A DNA stretch of 52,753 nt from an uncultured bacterium. GTDB taxonomy: Bacteria; Planctomycetota; Brocadiia; Brocadiales; Scalinduaceae. This document shows positions 8,761 to 18,081 of the stretch, piece by piece; positions within the stretch are counted from its first letter, which is position 1, and each line of letters opens with the position of its first letter. A program made the position numbers and the translations under genes. Below the pieces are notes generated by a model, which was not told where the DNA came from, did not search any database, and saw only the letters and a program-made list of their open reading frames with translations. Where the stretch lies: NCBI GenBank assembly GCA_913055705.1, contig CAJXKT010000001.1, positions 1-52,753 on the forward strand. Reading direction: 5' to 3'.

Positions 8761-10869
8761 TTATGTACTAGTTGTAGTTTGAACAGCACTTTCTTCTTTT
8801 AAGGCAGCCTTTCTACTCAGCTTTAGTCTTTTTTGATCATCTATTCCTATCAATTTCACTTTAATTTCGTCACCCATTTTTACCGCATCTTCTACTTTCT
8901 CGATATAATCATTAGATAGTTCAGAAATATGTACCAGGCCTTCTTTTCCAGGCATTATCTCAACAAAAACACCATATTCCTTAACGGAAACGATTTTACC
9001 ATTATATATTTTTCCTATTTCCGCATCGTCTGTGAGTCCTTTGATATAAGTCTTCGCAAGCTCTACTGATTCCAGAGTAGGAGCTGAAATTATAATGGTT
9101 CCATCTTCTTCTATTTCCACTCGTGATCCTGATTCCTCTTGTATTTTCTTAATATTCTTGCCACCAGGGCCAATAACCAAACCGATCTTCTCAGGATTTA
9201 TTTTAATCTTAACGAGTTTTGGAGCATGAATTGAAATTTCGCTGCGAGGTTTCTCAATAGCAGTCAGCATTTCTTTCAGAATATGCATTCTACCTTCTTT
9301 CGCCTGAACAAGCGCATCCCTCATAATTTGCTCACTTATACCTGATATCTTGAGGTCCATCTGAAGGGCGGTGATGCCATCTTCAGTCCCGGCTACTTTA
9401 AAATCCATAGCCCCCAAATGATCCTCGTCTCCCAATATATCAGACAGAATCCGAACTTCATCACCCTCTTTTACCAATCCCATTGCTATACCGGCAACCG
9501 GCCGCTTCATCGGAATCCCTGCATCCATCATACAAAGCGTGCCACCGCAAACAGAGGCCATTGAAGATGACCCGTTTGATTCGAGAATGTCGGATACTAT
9601 CCGTATTGTATATGGAAAGTCTTCGTAAGCAGGCACCATTGGCTCCAAAGCCTTCTCGGCCAGGGCTCCATGACCTATTTCCCTTCTGCCCGGCCCTCGA
9701 ATTGGTTTCGCTTCGCCTACGCAGAAAGATGGAAAATTGTAATCGAGCATAAACTTCTTGGTGTATCCATCCACCAGGCCATCTACACGCTGTTCATCAA
9801 TTGACGTCCCCAGTGTAGATACTACAAGCGCCTGTGTTTCTCCCCTCGTAAACAGAGCAGAACCGTGTGTTCGCGGCAAGAAGCTAACCTCACTCGATAT
9901 CGGCCTTATATCTTTAAGGCCTCTACCGTCTAATCTTTTATTCTCTTTAATAATCTGTTCCTGTACTGCTTCTTCTACAAGCGTACCAAAGATTGACTTG
10001 ACTTTGCTCTCTCTATCTTCATCATCTGCATCAGCACAATCTTCTTCAATTAATTTATTGCGTAATTCTTTTAACGCCTTCTTACGGGCAAACTTTCCAC
10101 TGACTACAGATTGCACCTTAATATCTCCATATACCTTTGCCTTTATTTCATCAAAAAGTGCAGTATCTACTGTTGGCTCCTCATGCTCCTGTTTTTCCTT
10201 CCCGCACTTTGCAACCAGCTCTTTTTGCATTTGTACTATTTTTTTGATTTCAGCAAAACCGAACATTATCGCATCAACAAACTTGTCTTCAGTAACCTCC
10301 TTTCCGGAAGCTTCTACCATCATTACGGCATCTTCTGTCCCGGAAACAACCAGATTCATCATACTGGATTCAAGTTCTGAATTTTTTGGATTGATTACAA
10401 ATTCATCATTTATAAGACCTACCCGCACCGAGCCCGTAGGACCGTTAAATGGTATGCTGGATATAGCTACAGCCGCAGAAGCCCCTACCATAGAAATAAC
10501 ATCAGGATCGGTATCTTTATCTGCAGATAATACTGCCGACATTATCTGGATTTCATTTGAATATCCTTTCGGAAAAAGAGGACGCATCGGCCTGTCCGTC
10601 ATCCTCATTGTCAATATCTCCTTGTTGGTGGGCCTGCTTTCACGCTTAAAGAATCCACCAGGAAATCTTCCGACAGAGTAAGTTTTCTCTCTATAATCAA
10701 CCGTCATTGGGAGGAAATCAAAACCCTTCGATTCTCCACATACTGCCGCAACCAACACAACCGTATCCCCATAACGAACTATAACAGCTCCATCCGCCTG
10801 CTTAGCAACTTCACCGGATTCAATACTCAGGGTCTCCCCACCAACAGTTTCTTCAACTTTACATTTCAC
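8761..10869 (-). CDS. pnp: Polyribonucleotide nucleotidyltransferase (PNPase)
   Basis: Two RNase PH domains (RREIGHG, ESNGSSSMAS, MDFKVAG), KH (IGPGG) and S1; 702 aa. Confidence 0.98.
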   Translation of the reverse strand: MKCKVEETVGGETLSIESGEVAKQADGAVIVRYGDTVVLVAAVCGESKGFDFLPMTVDYREKTYSVGRFPGGFFKRESRPTNKEILTMRMTDRPMRPLFPKGYSNEIQIMSAVLSADKDTDPDVISMVGASAAVAISSIPFNGPTGSVRVGLINDEFVINPKNSELESSMMNLVVSGTEDAVMMVEASGKEVTEDKFVDAIMFGFAEIKKIVQMQKELVAKCGKEKQEHEEPTVDTALFDEIKAKVYGDIKVQSVVSGKFARKKALKELRNKLIEEDCADADDEDRESKVKSIFGTLVEEAVQEQIIKENKRLDGRGLKDIRPISSEVSFLPRTHGSALFTRGETQALVVSTLGTSIDEQRVDGLVDGYTKKFMLDYNFPSFCVGEAKPIRGPGRREIGHGALAEKALEPMVPAYEDFPYTIRIVSDILESNGSSSMASVCGGTLCMMDAGIPMKRPVAGIAMGLVKEGDEVRILSDILGDEDHLGAMDFKVAGTEDGITALQMDLKISGISEQIMRDALVQAKEGRMHILKEMLTAIEKPRSEISIHAPKLVKIKINPEKIGLVIGPGGKNIKKIQEESGSRVEIEEDGTIIISAPTLESVELAKTYIKGLTDDAEIGKIYNGKIVSVKEYGVFVEIMPGKEGLVHISELSNDYIEKVEDAVKMGDEIKVKLIGIDDQKRLKLSRKAALKEESAVQTTTST

Positions 10870-10893
10870 TTTCAGATCCTTTCACCAACCAAT

Positions 10894-11163
10894 TTAACGA
10901 CGTATGCCCAACTTCTTTATCAGGCTCTTATAACCTTCTTCATTCTTTCCGTTAAGATATTTCAGTAACGTAGCCCTTTTACCAACCATCATAAGTAAAC
11001 CACGCCTCGAAGTGTGATCTTTTTTGTGTTCTTTAAGATGATCACTCAGATGCTTTATCCGTTCTGTCAACAAAGCAACTTGTACTTCCGGCGAGCCTGT
11101 GTCGGTATCGTGTACTTTATTACCTTTAATTATCTCTTTTTTCAGCCCTTTTTCTATACCCAT
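10894..11163 (-). CDS. rpsO: 30S ribosomal protein S15
   Basis: [22 protein letters not shown]; ATG 11163 gives the canonical 89 aa; upstream of pnp. Confidence 0.96.
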   Translation of the reverse strand: MGIEKGLKKEIIKGNKVHDTDTGSPEVQVALLTERIKHLSDHLKEHKKDHTSRRGLLMMVGKRATLLKYLNGKNEEGYKSLIKKLGIRR

Positions 11164-11226
11164 CTCCATCTCCCACTTGAGAAACAGATAATATATCACA
11201 AAGGTATTCAGATTGCCAATAAAAAC

Positions 11227-13704
11227 TTAGCCTTGATTCGCCTTAACCCTTGAAATAACACCATTAATAGATGATTCTGAGTCTTTTTTTGTTTCTACAA
11301 GGAACGTAATCACTAAGAAACTATTTATACAGGATATGCTGCTATACTTACCTTTCAAATCTTCAAATGTATACAATGTGTCAGTTTTAACACTGTCTTC
11401 ACCCCATGATTCTCTTAACTCAATGAAATTCTTAAAAGATTCCTCTGCAACTGACTTTTCAGAGTATTTGACTATCAATATTTTGAAAGGCAGACTACTC
11501 TTGTCAGATTTATAATCAGCAACTACTGCATCTGTCTGTTCACTTAGATTTAATACATTTCTATCAATAAACTTGTCAGAAATATAAATATTATCAAGGA
11601 TTATCTTTTTGTGAAAATACCTTGAGCTTCCCTGGATATATCCGTCTTCAGGTAAATACATTAGAATAGCCGGCAAACTAACCTTACCGGCAAGTATGTT
11701 GTCTACAATAGCGGTACCAATAAATGTAATATCATCAGGGCTGACATTCCCTCTGTAAGGCTCAATACTCATGAAATATTTACCTTTCCATACCCACAGA
11801 TAGTTTTCATATAACGAGGCTTCGTTTCCAATATTTACGCCTTGCCCTGCTCTATCCTTTGCAAATATACCGTAGGCATCATCAGAACTGCCAAATTCCC
11901 AGATGTCCACCTTAACAGAATTATCAGTATCCTTCTTAGCATACACAGCTTTTGATACCTGGATAAATGAATAGGACAAATAAACCTCTGCACCTCCATT
12001 GATGTATTCAAAAAGTTTATCCTTACCGGCATACACAGTCGACTTTCCTTTTCTCTTCCAGTCTTCAACAGATACAGGAAAAAGGTCATTTTCCAGCATG
12101 CCAATTTCGCTTGTCATTACCTGAGGCTGTATTCCTTCAACAACTATTGCAGAACGTCCATTTACAGGACAAACCTTTTCACAGAAACCACATCCTATAC
12201 ATGCTTCTTCTCTTACATAAACCCTTCTTATCTCCTTACCATTACCATGAACATATGTATTGAAATGGATTGCTTTTGTCGGGACAGGACAAACCTCTTC
12301 ACATACGCCGCAACTGACATCCTCCCAATTCTTGTCCAGATCCGGTAATCGCGCATAGCCGACCCACGGGATGCACCTGTTCCTGTCTATCCTGGCTTTT
12401 CCTATTGCCAGCCGTTTCTTCTTCTCTTTAGGAAGCCTGGTAATTGCCCCTGAAGGGCAAACTTTTGTACACAGTACACAATCATGGGCGCAATACCCAA
12501 TCCGTGGGATCAGCTGTGGGGTCCACATTCCGCTCAAATCCGCCTCTAAAATTGTAGGATGCAGGCCATTTGTTTTACACACTCTCATACACTCGCCACA
12601 TCTTATACACTTAGCCCGGAATTTATCTTCAGGGATTGAGCCGGGAGGACGAATAATTCCAAAATCACCATTACTCTTCTTCTGAAAGTTAAGTGATAGA
12701 AGAGGAGCTACCGCGGCACTGGAAACACACGCCGTTATAAAACCTCTCTTTGTCAAATTTACAGGGACTACCTGCTCCGACGGCTGTTTAGATGTAAACC
12801 TGACTGCTCCTATAGGACATATATCCTGGCACTTCATACATAAAATGCACTCACCTGCCTGTGTTTTCTTTCCCGTATCATCAATCGCCCCCATCTTGCA
12901 ATCTACCGTACATTTATCGCATCCATCACAAATGTTCTGCCCCACAACACGCTTAAAAATAGACCAATCTGAAAACAGAGCGAATAAGGCTCCTAATGGG
13001 CACAGATCCCTGCACCAATATCTCTTATAAAACAAACCTAAAGATATGATTGCAGAAAGTACTATCAGGAAAATCAAATGCCCTCTGAAAAACGGCGCTT
13101 GCCTGGCAAATAACGCTTCATTTATAAAAACATGGACTTTATCGCTTACAAAACTTATCAGGTAGAATTTATGAAGGAAGTTGAAAAATGAGTTGATTAG
13201 AGAAACGAGATAAGGATGGATAACAATTGTATATGCATTTGTGGCAATACTGATTGGATCAAACCATCCAACCATCTGATGGCCTATAAACAGGCTCAGG
13301 AGGAGAAAGGCCAGTATATAATATTTCAGCCGTTTGGCATCATAAATCTTATATGAAACCCTGTTTCTTTGTTTCTTCAGTAAACGATCTGTAATATCAA
13401 GTGTTGTCCCGAGAGGACATATCCAACCGCAAAAGAAACGGCCTAAAAATAGAGAGGCTGCCAGTACAATAATAGCCGGCCAATACTTTATTATAAATTC
13501 CTTTGCCGCTACCATTGCACCAATTGCAGAAAGCGGACTCATACGGAGAAAGATATCTACCGTTCCGTCCTTTTCGGCAATGGGGTCTGCATATATCAAC
13601 AGACAAATGAATACAATAAAAACAAGTATTTGTACCGCCAGCCTGATCTTGTAATTTATTGAACCTTTTTTTATGTTTACATTACTATTTCCTGTCATTC
13701 TCAA
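11227..13704 (-). CDS. Membrane polyferredoxin (NapH-like plus NapG/MauM-like 4Fe-4S domains) fused to a C-terminal DUF6599-like domain
   Basis: GRFFCGWICPLG and RYWCRDLCPLG; several CxxCxxCxxxC clusters; RPPG motif; internal TKRGFI before a hydrophobic helix; LFEYINGGAE and DAYGIF in the last ~280 aa. Confidence 0.8.
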   Translation of the reverse strand: MRMTGNSNVNIKKGSINYKIRLAVQILVFIVFICLLIYADPIAEKDGTVDIFLRMSPLSAIGAMVAAKEFIIKYWPAIIVLAASLFLGRFFCGWICPLGTTLDITDRLLKKQRNRVSYKIYDAKRLKYYILAFLLLSLFIGHQMVGWFDPISIATNAYTIVIHPYLVSLINSFFNFLHKFYLISFVSDKVHVFINEALFARQAPFFRGHLIFLIVLSAIISLGLFYKRYWCRDLCPLGALFALFSDWSIFKRVVGQNICDGCDKCTVDCKMGAIDDTGKKTQAGECILCMKCQDICPIGAVRFTSKQPSEQVVPVNLTKRGFITACVSSAAVAPLLSLNFQKKSNGDFGIIRPPGSIPEDKFRAKCIRCGECMRVCKTNGLHPTILEADLSGMWTPQLIPRIGYCAHDCVLCTKVCPSGAITRLPKEKKKRLAIGKARIDRNRCIPWVGYARLPDLDKNWEDVSCGVCEEVCPVPTKAIHFNTYVHGNGKEIRRVYVREEACIGCGFCEKVCPVNGRSAIVVEGIQPQVMTSEIGMLENDLFPVSVEDWKRKGKSTVYAGKDKLFEYINGGAEVYLSYSFIQVSKAVYAKKDTDNSVKVDIWEFGSSDDAYGIFAKDRAGQGVNIGNEASLYENYLWVWKGKYFMSIEPYRGNVSPDDITFIGTAIVDNILAGKVSLPAILMYLPEDGYIQGSSRYFHKKIILDNIYISDKFIDRNVLNLSEQTDAVVADYKSDKSSLPFKILIVKYSEKSVAEESFKNFIELRESWGEDSVKTDTLYTFEDLKGKYSSISCINSFLVITFLVETKKDSESSINGVISRVKANQG

Positions 13705-13724
13705 ATCTTTTTATCCGACACGAT

Positions 13725-14711
13725 CTAAATTGTTATTTCTCCAAAGCCTCTTAATTTAAAATCAATCTCTCCCAGTCCCGCCCCATACGACTCCCGGATA
13801 AAACCTATATCACGGCCATGATAACCAAACATGGTGGCACCGTATGAATCCACTGCCACAGGATCAACACAAAACACTAATCTTCTGGCATTTTCATAAT
13901 TGTTGTCAACATCCTCCAGCCTTCCACCCGTAGGACCATTTCGTTTTAAGATTCTGAATGCGTCAAGAACAGTAAGATCAACCTTCACAACTTTATTAAT
14001 ATCTGCTATTTTTGGATGTATATCCTTGTGTATCGAACCTCTGTTACCACCTATCATTCCCATAGTATTCTTAAGTGCCATAGATAAACGTGAAGTACTA
14101 TGCTGCTTTGCTATAGGAACATTTATCAACACGTCAGCTTCATCCTGATATATAAACTTCTCATAAAAAGGCCATGAATCAAGTAGCTTGCCACCCGGTA
14201 TCTTGAAATCCTTAAACAGTCTCTCGTTAACAAATCTAACCTCTGCACCAACCTCTTTTGCAGCTTTTTCGATCCCGCTATTTATATATGAAGGGCCTGG
14301 ATTCTTTGCGCAGGTATGATCAAGCACGCTCACTCTATTCGCCCCGGCTTCTATACACATCTCAGCCAATGCAGCAACAACAAAGGGATTTGTGTTTACT
14401 GCGTACTCAGGCTGCCTGTCCCATGCTATGTTTGGTTTGATAACAACATTATCACCCCTTGAAACCAGTTTGTCCATTCCGCCAATGGCTTTAATACCTC
14501 TACTCACCATTTCTCTTATTATGGAGCTTTCATCATTTCTCTCAACAATATCACCATGTACTACAACCAGTTTCTTTTTTAAACTATTTTCTTTAAACGT
14601 CTTCAGCGACCTTGGCCTTTCAAACGAACTCAAATACGAGAGGCCATAAAGTCCTGTTCCGACTGCAATACCAGTCTTAAGAAAAGTTCTTCTTGAAATA
14701 TTATCTTTCAT
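13725..14711 (-). CDS. DUF362-domain protein with twin-arginine signal peptide
   Basis: SRRTFLK signal; GD.VVIKPNIAWD, TNPFVVAAL, LINVPIAKQH, LKNTMG, DPVAVD. Confidence 0.85.
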   Translation of the reverse strand: MKDNISRRTFLKTGIAVGTGLYGLSYLSSFERPRSLKTFKENSLKKKLVVVHGDIVERNDESSIIREMVSRGIKAIGGMDKLVSRGDNVVIKPNIAWDRQPEYAVNTNPFVVAALAEMCIEAGANRVSVLDHTCAKNPGPSYINSGIEKAAKEVGAEVRFVNERLFKDFKIPGGKLLDSWPFYEKFIYQDEADVLINVPIAKQHSTSRLSMALKNTMGMIGGNRGSIHKDIHPKIADINKVVKVDLTVLDAFRILKRNGPTGGRLEDVDNNYENARRLVFCVDPVAVDSYGATMFGYHGRDIGFIRESYGAGLGEIDFKLRGFGEITI

Positions 14712-14795
14712 AATATGCGAGTTTTATATTTTACTTGAGGATGTCTGGAGAGAAGAAATCAATTGTAAAATGGCGTGTATTCTATGCTTTCTTTT

Positions 14796-15769
14796 CTAAT
14801 CAAACAAAGCATCCACAAACTTATCTGCATCAAATTCCTGAATATCATCTACACCTTCACCAAGGCCAACATATTTTACCGGTATATCTACCTCCTTACG
14901 CATACCCAGGATAACACCGCCTTTTGCGGTCCCATCAAGTTTTGCCAGAAATATTCCCGTAATATCAACTGCACGTTTAAATAATTTTGCCTGTGAAATT
15001 GCATTTTGCCCTGTAGTGGCATCCAGAACCATTAACACTTCATGAGGAGCATTCTCAATCTTTTTCGATATTACCCTTTTAATCTTTGACAACTCATTCA
15101 TTAAATTCTCATGAGTGTGTAAGCGTCCGGCAGTATCAACGATCAAAACATCTATTCCCCTGCTCAAACTGGCTTCAAGTGCATCAAACGTTACTGCAGC
15201 AGGATCTGCACCAGCCTGATGCTTTACTATATCGGCGCCGATCCTTTTACTCCATATATCCAGTTGTTCCGTAGCAGCGGCACGGAAGGTATCACCTGCT
15301 GCCAGCATAACTTTCTTGCCCTGCTTCACAAATAAATTGGCAAGTTTTGCGATAGACGTGGTCTTGCCAACACCATTAACTCCTGCAACCATAATCACAG
15401 TTGGAGATGCAGACGCGACTCTTAAAGCAGAATCCCCATTTCTGAGGTTTTTCTTGAGATCCTCTTTTAAGAAATCGTAAACACCCGGTGTATCTTCAAT
15501 CTCTTTAGATTTCCAGGCAACTCTAATATCCTGAACAATCTCAGTCACCTGGCTAACCCCCACATCTGACTCAAGCAAAATAGCTTCCAGTTCATCAAGA
15601 ACACCTTCATCAATTTTCCTTCTGAACGACAATAGATCCTTAAATCTAGAGGTTATTTTGCCGCGTGTTTTTGCAGGCTGTTCTTTAGTTGCTGAAATGG
15701 AGACCAAGATTTGTCTTTTACGTCTTCTTGTTTCGTTGTAACCGATTTCTTTTTTGAAAACCAACCCAT
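14796..15769 (-). CDS. ftsY: SRP receptor FtsY; the 5' part is in a different frame because of a 1-nt deficit at the A5 run 15668-15672
   Basis: GVNGVGKTTSIAKLA, DTFRAAA, DTAGR, DATTGQNA, AKLDGTAKGG; ATG 15769 reads MGWFSKKK...FQQLKNSLQK and joins TRGKIT if one A is added. Confidence 0.9.
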
Positions 15770-15900
15770 TATTTAATCTGTATAGAAGTCGTGTTTTGAT
15801 ATGCCGGTATAACAAACTGGAGGATGCCACAAAAGTTCCCATGCAGAACGCGGGTGCCAGAGAGACTGGAGCAACCACATAACTTTATTAAAATACTCTC

Positions 15901-17202
15901 TTAACTCAAAACACCAACCAGATTATCACGCCTTTCCTTAATCTTGTCAACCAAACTATCATCTATTTTTATACTTCCTAACTTAGCATCTGGTTTTCGT
16001 TCACCATGACAGTCCGAACCACCGGTAATTACAAGATCGTATTTTTTTGCTATTCGCTTATATCTTTTTATAGCTTCTGGCAGGTGTGATGGACAATAGA
16101 CCTCTATCCCTTGCAGACCATATTCAACCATCTCGGGAATCAGCATATCTCTTTTGTTAATGCCAGGGTGTGCAAGAACAGGAACACCGCCTGATGAAAT
16201 GATAAGCTCGATAGCATCTTTTAATGTCAGCGTTACTTTAGGTACATATGCAGGTCCATGATCAGACAGGTACTTTTGAAAACTTTCCCTAATATCGCGG
16301 CAATAACCTTTTCTACACAATACGTCAGCAACATGCATACGCCCGGGTGACCCCATCTCTGCAACATCGAAGACTTCCTGATGCTCTATATTAACACCCA
16401 TACCTCTAAGCATACTGGTTATCTTCTTAATTCGCTCAACTCTTTCAAGACGCAGCTCAGCTAATTTCTCCAGAAGCATACTATTCTTTATATCTAAAAA
16501 ATAACCTAAGAGATGAATATCAACAGGACGATAATAAGAAGATAGTTCTATTGCGGGAATAATATTTATCCCCTTCTTATGACAAACGTTTTGGGCAATT
16601 TCGACAGCATCTACACTATCATGGTCGGTTATTGCAATCGTACGGAGGTTGAGCTTGGATGCCTCCTCAACTACTTCTTCCGGTGACATGGTTCCGTCTG
16701 AAAACTTCGTATGAATATGTAAATCAGCACCCGCCCGTTCTTCCAGGCTTTTGTTATCTCTGATATTTGCGGTAACTTCTTGAACCCCTTCATTATTCTT
16801 TATATATATTGTATATACCTTATCCAACACTCCATTTACAAATAAGCCGGATTTTTCAGTACTGTATTTCTTAGCTAAATCAATCGCCTCGTTGATGGAA
16901 ACCTTTGGGGGGATATCATCCATATAAAACAACTCATAGCATGCCAGCCTTAAGACATTTCTGTCTACAACCGGCATCCTGTGCATATCCCAATGTTCAG
17001 ATAGTTGAGTTATCTTTTTATCTATTACTTTTATTTTCTGAATACACCCTTTAGCTAATATCGCAGCAAAATCACTTATTGCAGCATCTTTACCTTGTTC
17101 CCGGCAAAAAGTATCTATCTCATTTAAAACTTCATTGCCACGAAGCTCTAATTGATAAAGAACCTGTAATACGATCTCACGAGAATGCGTTCTTTTTCGC
17201 AT
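15901..17202 (-). CDS. nusB: NusB (aa 1-130) fused to a PHP-domain phosphoesterase/exoribonuclease of the TrpH/YciV type (aa ~159-433)
   Basis: R..SRE..LQ.LY, DRNVLRLA.YEL, INEAIDLAKKY, FVNGVLD; then DLHIHT..SDG, TDHD, IELS, HLLGY, GRMHVA, AHPG, GIEV, GGSDCHG. Confidence 0.9.
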   Translation of the reverse strand: MRKRTHSREIVLQVLYQLELRGNEVLNEIDTFCREQGKDAAISDFAAILAKGCIQKIKVIDKKITQLSEHWDMHRMPVVDRNVLRLACYELFYMDDIPPKVSINEAIDLAKKYSTEKSGLFVNGVLDKVYTIYIKNNEGVQEVTANIRDNKSLEERAGADLHIHTKFSDGTMSPEEVVEEASKLNLRTIAITDHDSVDAVEIAQNVCHKKGINIIPAIELSSYYRPVDIHLLGYFLDIKNSMLLEKLAELRLERVERIKKITSMLRGMGVNIEHQEVFDVAEMGSPGRMHVADVLCRKGYCRDIRESFQKYLSDHGPAYVPKVTLTLKDAIELIISSGGVPVLAHPGINKRDMLIPEMVEYGLQGIEVYCPSHLPEAIKRYKRIAKKYDLVITGGSDCHGERKPDAKLGSIKIDDSLVDKIKERRDNLVGVLS

Positions 17203-17228
17203 CTACAAATCTCCACAACAAGAAAATA

Positions 17229-17696
17229 CTATTTCATTTTATCAAACAAATTCACCATCTCCAGGGCTGCAAGTGCGGCCTCTGCACCCTTGTTACCGCC
17301 TCTGGCACCAGCTCTATCTATAGCCTGTTCCAATGTATCAGTTGTAATTACTCCATATATTGTTGGAATACCCGTTGTAAGCCCTACCTCAGAAATACCC
17401 TTCGCTGATTCACTGGAAACATAATCAAAATGAGGTGTCTCACCACGTATTACTGCCCCGAGACAAATGATACCATTATGTTTTGTGTTTTTAGCCACTC
17501 TCATAGCCGTAATCGGCAGCTCACAAGCTCCCGGAACCCAGAACACATCGATATCATCATCCTTAATGCCATGTCTAATCAAACAGTCCTGAGCACCTTC
17601 TAACAGCTTCTTCGTAATAAAACTATTAAACCTGCTGACAACAATACCAAAGGTCTTATTCTTACCAATAAGGTTACCTTCAAACGATTTTACCAT
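17229..17696 (-). CDS. ribH: 6,7-dimethyl-8-ribityllumazine synthase
   Basis: SRFN, VPGA.ELP, LGAVIRGETPHFDYV, NKGAEAA; ribH-nusB synteny. Confidence 0.97.
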   Translation of the reverse strand: MVKSFEGNLIGKNKTFGIVVSRFNSFITKKLLEGAQDCLIRHGIKDDDIDVFWVPGACELPITAMRVAKNTKHNGIICLGAVIRGETPHFDYVSSESAKGISEVGLTTGIPTIYGVITTDTLEQAIDRAGARGGNKGAEAALAALEMVNLFDKMK

Positions 17697-17743
17697 GGAA
17701 TTATCTCCTAATTAAGAGAAAGAGTGACAAGGCTTTAGAGTCA

Positions 17744-17772
17744 ATAGTATCAAAAACAAACTACCCTTGCAA
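17744..17772 (-). promoter_or_regulatory. Putative sigma-70 promoter for ribH-nusB-ftsY
   Basis: Minus strand TTGCAA (17772-17767), 17 nt spacer ending TGA, TACTAT (17749-17744). Confidence 0.5.
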
Positions 17773-17932
17773 GGCTTTTCTGATACCCCCTCCCAGTGTA
17801 TCCAGCCTTATACGATATATTGAATCTTGTAATTTAAATCCTATCCTAGTATTATAACCACACCTCAAAATATAGGTATTATTTAAACGATTTGTGTCTA
17901 AACAACGACAAAGTTTTGTCGATATTGTTTCG

Positions 17933-17951
17933 CCTGCCTGCCGCAGGCAGG
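17933..17951. repeat. 19-nt palindrome CCTGCCTGC-C-GCAGGCAGG
   Basis: Perfect 9-bp inverted repeat; GC-rich island in AT-rich intergenic DNA. Confidence 0.65.
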
Positions 17952-18081
17952 GATTCCGGATCTCATGCTTCGGATTTTATGATTGTATCTGCCCCTCCAT
18001 AGGGGCAATATTTTTAAGTCTTAGCTTATAAAATATGTAGCCACTTAGTCCTTTGCTAAAACAAGAACGATACTAAAGGTA

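Noticed and set aside
9758-10681. 307-aa plus-strand ORF, and similar antisense ORFs over rplC, rplP, rpoB and fusA
   Set aside because: They lie opposite well-conserved genes, are Ser/Thr/Phe-rich and have no motifs, as expected for shadow frames.
15770-15878. Long N-terminal extension of FtsY in the ORF track
   Set aside because: It does not resemble FtsY; the frameshifted ATG 15769 frame carries the expected motif.
17697-17900. FMN riboswitch upstream of ribH
   Set aside because: No RFN conserved motifs, and the predicted promoter leaves only a ~40-nt leader.
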